A stretch of 64,000 nucleotides of DNA, counting the filler, from Circinaria calcarea (Eukaryota), in the NCBI GenBank assembly GCA_051942165.1. It is 16 parts of 16 records of this genome, joined end to end, with 100 filler letters (N's around TTAATTAATTAA, not from the genome) between each part and the next. Parts side by side here need not be neighbours in the genome. Positions count along the whole stretch, not along the records: positions 60,227 to 64,000 come from JAVECS010002630.1; 15 more parts are not named here. One strand, 5' to 3'. The stretch's first letter is position 1; each line of letters begins with the position of its first letter. Under the pieces are notes generated by a model that was given only the letters and a program-made list of their open reading frames with translations, was not told the DNA's origin and did not search any database. Shown here one piece after another: positions 60,525 through 64,000 of the stretch. Both the position numbers and the translations under genes were made by a program.

Positions 60525-61848
60525 CTAAACTACTACCTCAGGTAAAGCATCAGTCTGTCTAATCCGCGGAAGCGGTTTCCCAAGGCCTCCATCCCGTTCT
60601 TCTGCTCTATAGAAACCTTCATGATATGCGGAGTATTGCGTAGTATCGGTCTTGAACAATGGTTTTTTAAGGTACGATCGTATAAAAGTGATGCCGGAGG
60701 GTATCTTCGCCGGAGGGTATCTTCTCATGCAAAAACCTGTATAGGGGTAGCATAGCCGGGAGGTTGACGGCGATTAACCCGATGTTTTCCTCGAGACTTG
60801 TAGAAGGAAGGTTCAGCGAGAGCTCAACTTATAAGGGGTGGGACGGTGAGAGAAACTTACAGTGCCCAGATTTCAATAGGGATGATTGACCCTGTCTCGT
60901 TGCTCAGTTAATTCAAGCATGGTACAGGCGAGTAAGCGGAGCAAACTTACATGTAGGGTCACTACGGTCTAGTACCACCCTGAACAGGGCGATTCGAACG
61001 ACACAGCATGCTGTAGCTCTAGGGGAAGTTATGGCATTAGCTTGGTTTGCCTTCTTCTGGGAGCGGAAGGTACACACAGTAGACCCATTGCCATCAACCC
61101 GCAGATTGCTATCTTTGTTCGCCGAGAAATCTGTACATTCCATAAGACTGCAACCGGAAGGCTCGAGCAGATAAAGTCGGTGATCACGGAAAAGACTAGA
61201 GACAGACTGTATCAGCATTCTCTCCCAAACAACATAGGTAATTATGGTCGTACCGCCCTGAAAGTAGCCCCAAATCAGGTATACATGTGAACTCCAGCAA
61301 TGAGCTTTGACCCTTGGATCCCAAAGGCCTGACATTGGTCTGCACTGGAGGATAAACACAATTGCGCATGAGGAATTGACCGCCACCAGACCAACGATCA
61401 ACAGCCAGATGAACGATTTTAGCCTTTTACTATTCGGTATGCGCATGAGGAACAAACAGATGGAGACCTTTATAAGGCACGTAATTATGATAAGAAAAAG
61501 CTGGGCCAGGTCGACGTATTTGATACCTTCAACTACCTGAGGTTTGGTGAGGTAATAGATATGCCTTCCGCCACTTGCCTGAATCTGTCTGGCATTGAAG
61601 GCCGTGGATATGGTACTTAGGACCTAATTGGATGTCAGGGAATTGCTTGGATCCGCCAACAGAATTCTTACTAATGCCATAGCTATAGTATAGTCGTCCC
61701 ATCCCATCTGATGCACAATGAATGACCGAGTAATTAGCCGAAGGCCTCCAGATAGCAACACTAAGACATAGGTAAACAACGATACTGCGAGAAAGGCATC
61801 TCCTCTGTGCTGATCGCCTCCCGCTGAATGGGATACCAAAGGTTCCAT
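60525..61848 (-). CDS. PTH11-like (fungal rhodopsin-domain, non-CFEM) integral membrane protein, multi-exon; tail frameshifted by a 16-bp duplication
   Basis: LRLITR......MGWDDYTI; IKVSICLFLMRI; ILQCRPMSGLWD.....HC; SVITDFICSSLP...LWNVQI....K..I..LMAMG; ATACCVVR; LEENIGLIAVNLPAMLPL. Confidence 0.85.
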
Positions 61849-64000
61849 GCTTGGTCGAATGTGCAAAAAGCTTAAAACCTTGAGTATGGCCTCACAGGGA
61901 AGATACTACTAAATCATAAAACTAAAATTTCACCAAGCCCCAGAGGATTCCGAGGAGTGGACGACAAGGGAAGAGCAGAACCAGATTAATATGAAAAGGT
62001 ACATGAGCAGCAGAGATTGACAACATGAGTGCCTGACAATCAATACCACCTTGCTATGCCACGAAATGGCGTTATGAGAAAGCCTCAGCAAGCAGTCTCA
62101 TATGAAATCAATGCGAAAACTGTACCAGGAATACCTGAAGCATATCCACTTACATTGAGTTGGTGGCAAGGCGCAGCCGTAGCTCTCGCTTCGACAGCGG
62201 AGATGTTCATAATCCACAGCGATCTTAGTTCGAGGCCGCAGGTCAAGCCTTATGTGGTACCACATCGCAGCATACTGCAAATCTTGTATGGCACAAGATC
62301 TCATCCAGCCTCATGCGCTATGGTGGCACATCGTAAATCTTGAGTGGTCTAAGAGAAACTTAGCTGCAGACTGCGCCCACCAGATCTGTACAAACTTGAA
62401 ACCGATCGAGTGCAGCTTATTTGGGTGACAGTATGCAGAATCAATGGCCTTATGAGAAAGCGCTTACAAGTTTCAGCCCCTGCTCTGTGACCAATGAGAG
62501 AGAGAGGATAGACGTGCCGATCCTCGGGTAGATTGACTTAAGCTTGAATTGCTTAGCTCAGGGTCCATCCATAGCACCATAAGATATTGGATACACCATT
62601 CCTGATCTGCTAGTATCAAGCTCCCCACGAAACTGTGAAGCCACAGTTCGCCAACGACATGGCACAGCACTTCGAAGTCTGGCGATCTCCCACCAGCGCA
62701 GAAGTATCGCATAGTCTGTGTAGTGTTGGCCAAAGGCCGGTCACTTTCTAGTGACTCGAATACCATCATCCTAATCTTCTCTCTTAACGCCTCCAAAGCG
62801 CTTTTGTAGTCCAAGCTCGTCTCGCTATCCGAAAGCTCAACGAGTGGTCATAGGAGGATCTTCGCGGAGCTCCCGAACCATTTTCTCTGCAGTCTCATAC
62901 ACAACGTAATCCTCAAGTGAGCAATCTGATGCTTGCAGTGTGAACGTATAGAATACCCTCCTTTTCTCGCTCAATGCTTACTATTGCGACTTTCCTGAGG
63001 AGAGACATTGATTCTGTACTCAACACAGCGTGTACAGTCTGAGCGTCAGTGCCTAGTTCTTCGCAGTTGCAGTCCAATTCGGTGTGACGGGGAACGCAGT
63101 TATGATAGTTGATCTGATAAAGCACGCATTGCCTTGATGTGCAGTGCTGGTGGTCTCGCTTGATCTCAAACTTCTGTGATACTCAGAAAGTATAAGGTCT
63201 GCAGGGAACGATAGCTGTGACTGGCGCTTGCAATCTGGCTTGGACAACAGTCAGCCCCCAACACCCCCGCCCTGATCTCTTCTCCGTAAAGTCCCTAGTC
63301 AAAACGTTGGGGCTTACATGTTGATAATATGGGGTTGACTTTCGCCAGGCATTTCGAAGGGTGCAGGCAAGCATTTCAGATATGGAAGCAACGGAGAACC
63401 TGATTCTCCAGTCGAAATCCAAACAATAGGCAGATTCTACCACCGCTGAATTGAGCCTTAAATAATCGTCGAAATGCGCGTAACGCCTTCGCTTATCTTC
63501 GAGACTCTTCTCATCATTGGCTATCCCGGCCTTTCCAAGCATCGGCAAGAGTTGGCGGGTTGATATGAATGCAAGTTCTTCATTCCCTACTACTTACGTA
63601 GCGATACAGTCTTTTGCGCGACAGATTTTCCTAAGTTTTCACATAGCAAGCCGAAGAAAGTTCAAGTTTGCAGTAGGGATTCCTGTGCCAGGGTCGTAGT
63701 CGGGGCATCGCCTTTTGGCGATACGAGGTAAAGCACCCATGTTTTGTCCTTTGTGCGAACGGTCATCCAAGGTTTACCTATTCGGTGGGAATAGGTAAGA
63801 AAGGGGCCAAAGTCATATCTTTCTGCGCATACGTAGGGTACCTTGATTACTGGCAATGTAGGGGTTCTTGGGAAGTAGATGATGGTCCATGACTGATTAG
63901 CCTATGAGGTTGAAGGGCAGGCATAGCTAGCGACACAATTTGGGACAGTACACTTTCATGCTGTCAGCTCTGTTAAACGAGAAGTACCTAGGGAAGGGTG

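Overview
This window is not a continuous locus. It is 16 unrelated fungal contigs of about 3.9 kb (filamentous ascomycete-type genes, short GT-AG introns with CTRAY branch points), sorted by decreasing length and joined by an artificial 100-nt linker (N44-TTAATTAATTAA-N44). Gene neighbourhood is meaningful only within a contig, and many genes are cut at contig ends. Recognisable genes: branched-chain keto-acid dehydrogenase E1-beta, COX15, RPB1 CTD, THG1, a Tma23-like G-patch protein, an ArAE/FUSC-type transporter, GH55, a ferric reductase, a Ubp12-like USP tail, SNF4, a RhoGAP-like protein, an MCH1-like MFS transporter, ARH1, an Atg28-like protein, an MPDU1-like PQ-loop protein, GH43, an FCY2-like permease and a PTH11-like protein. 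There is clear evidence of RIP-type mutation and several DNA-transposon families: a pogo/Fot1 element, a short-TIR MITE family seen on two contigs, and a 729-bp element with ~82-bp TIRs. The most interesting contig (8058-11980) carries the class II terpene-cyclase half (DxDTT and QW motifs) of a HAD-like drimane-type synthase. It is truncated at the long-TIR element, frameshifted in a T-run, and convergent with an SDR, which suggests a decayed sesquiterpenoid cluster. I found no CRISPR array, rRNA or tRNA, and I cannot support an intact novel multi-gene system. All family assignments come from motif recognition, not database searches.
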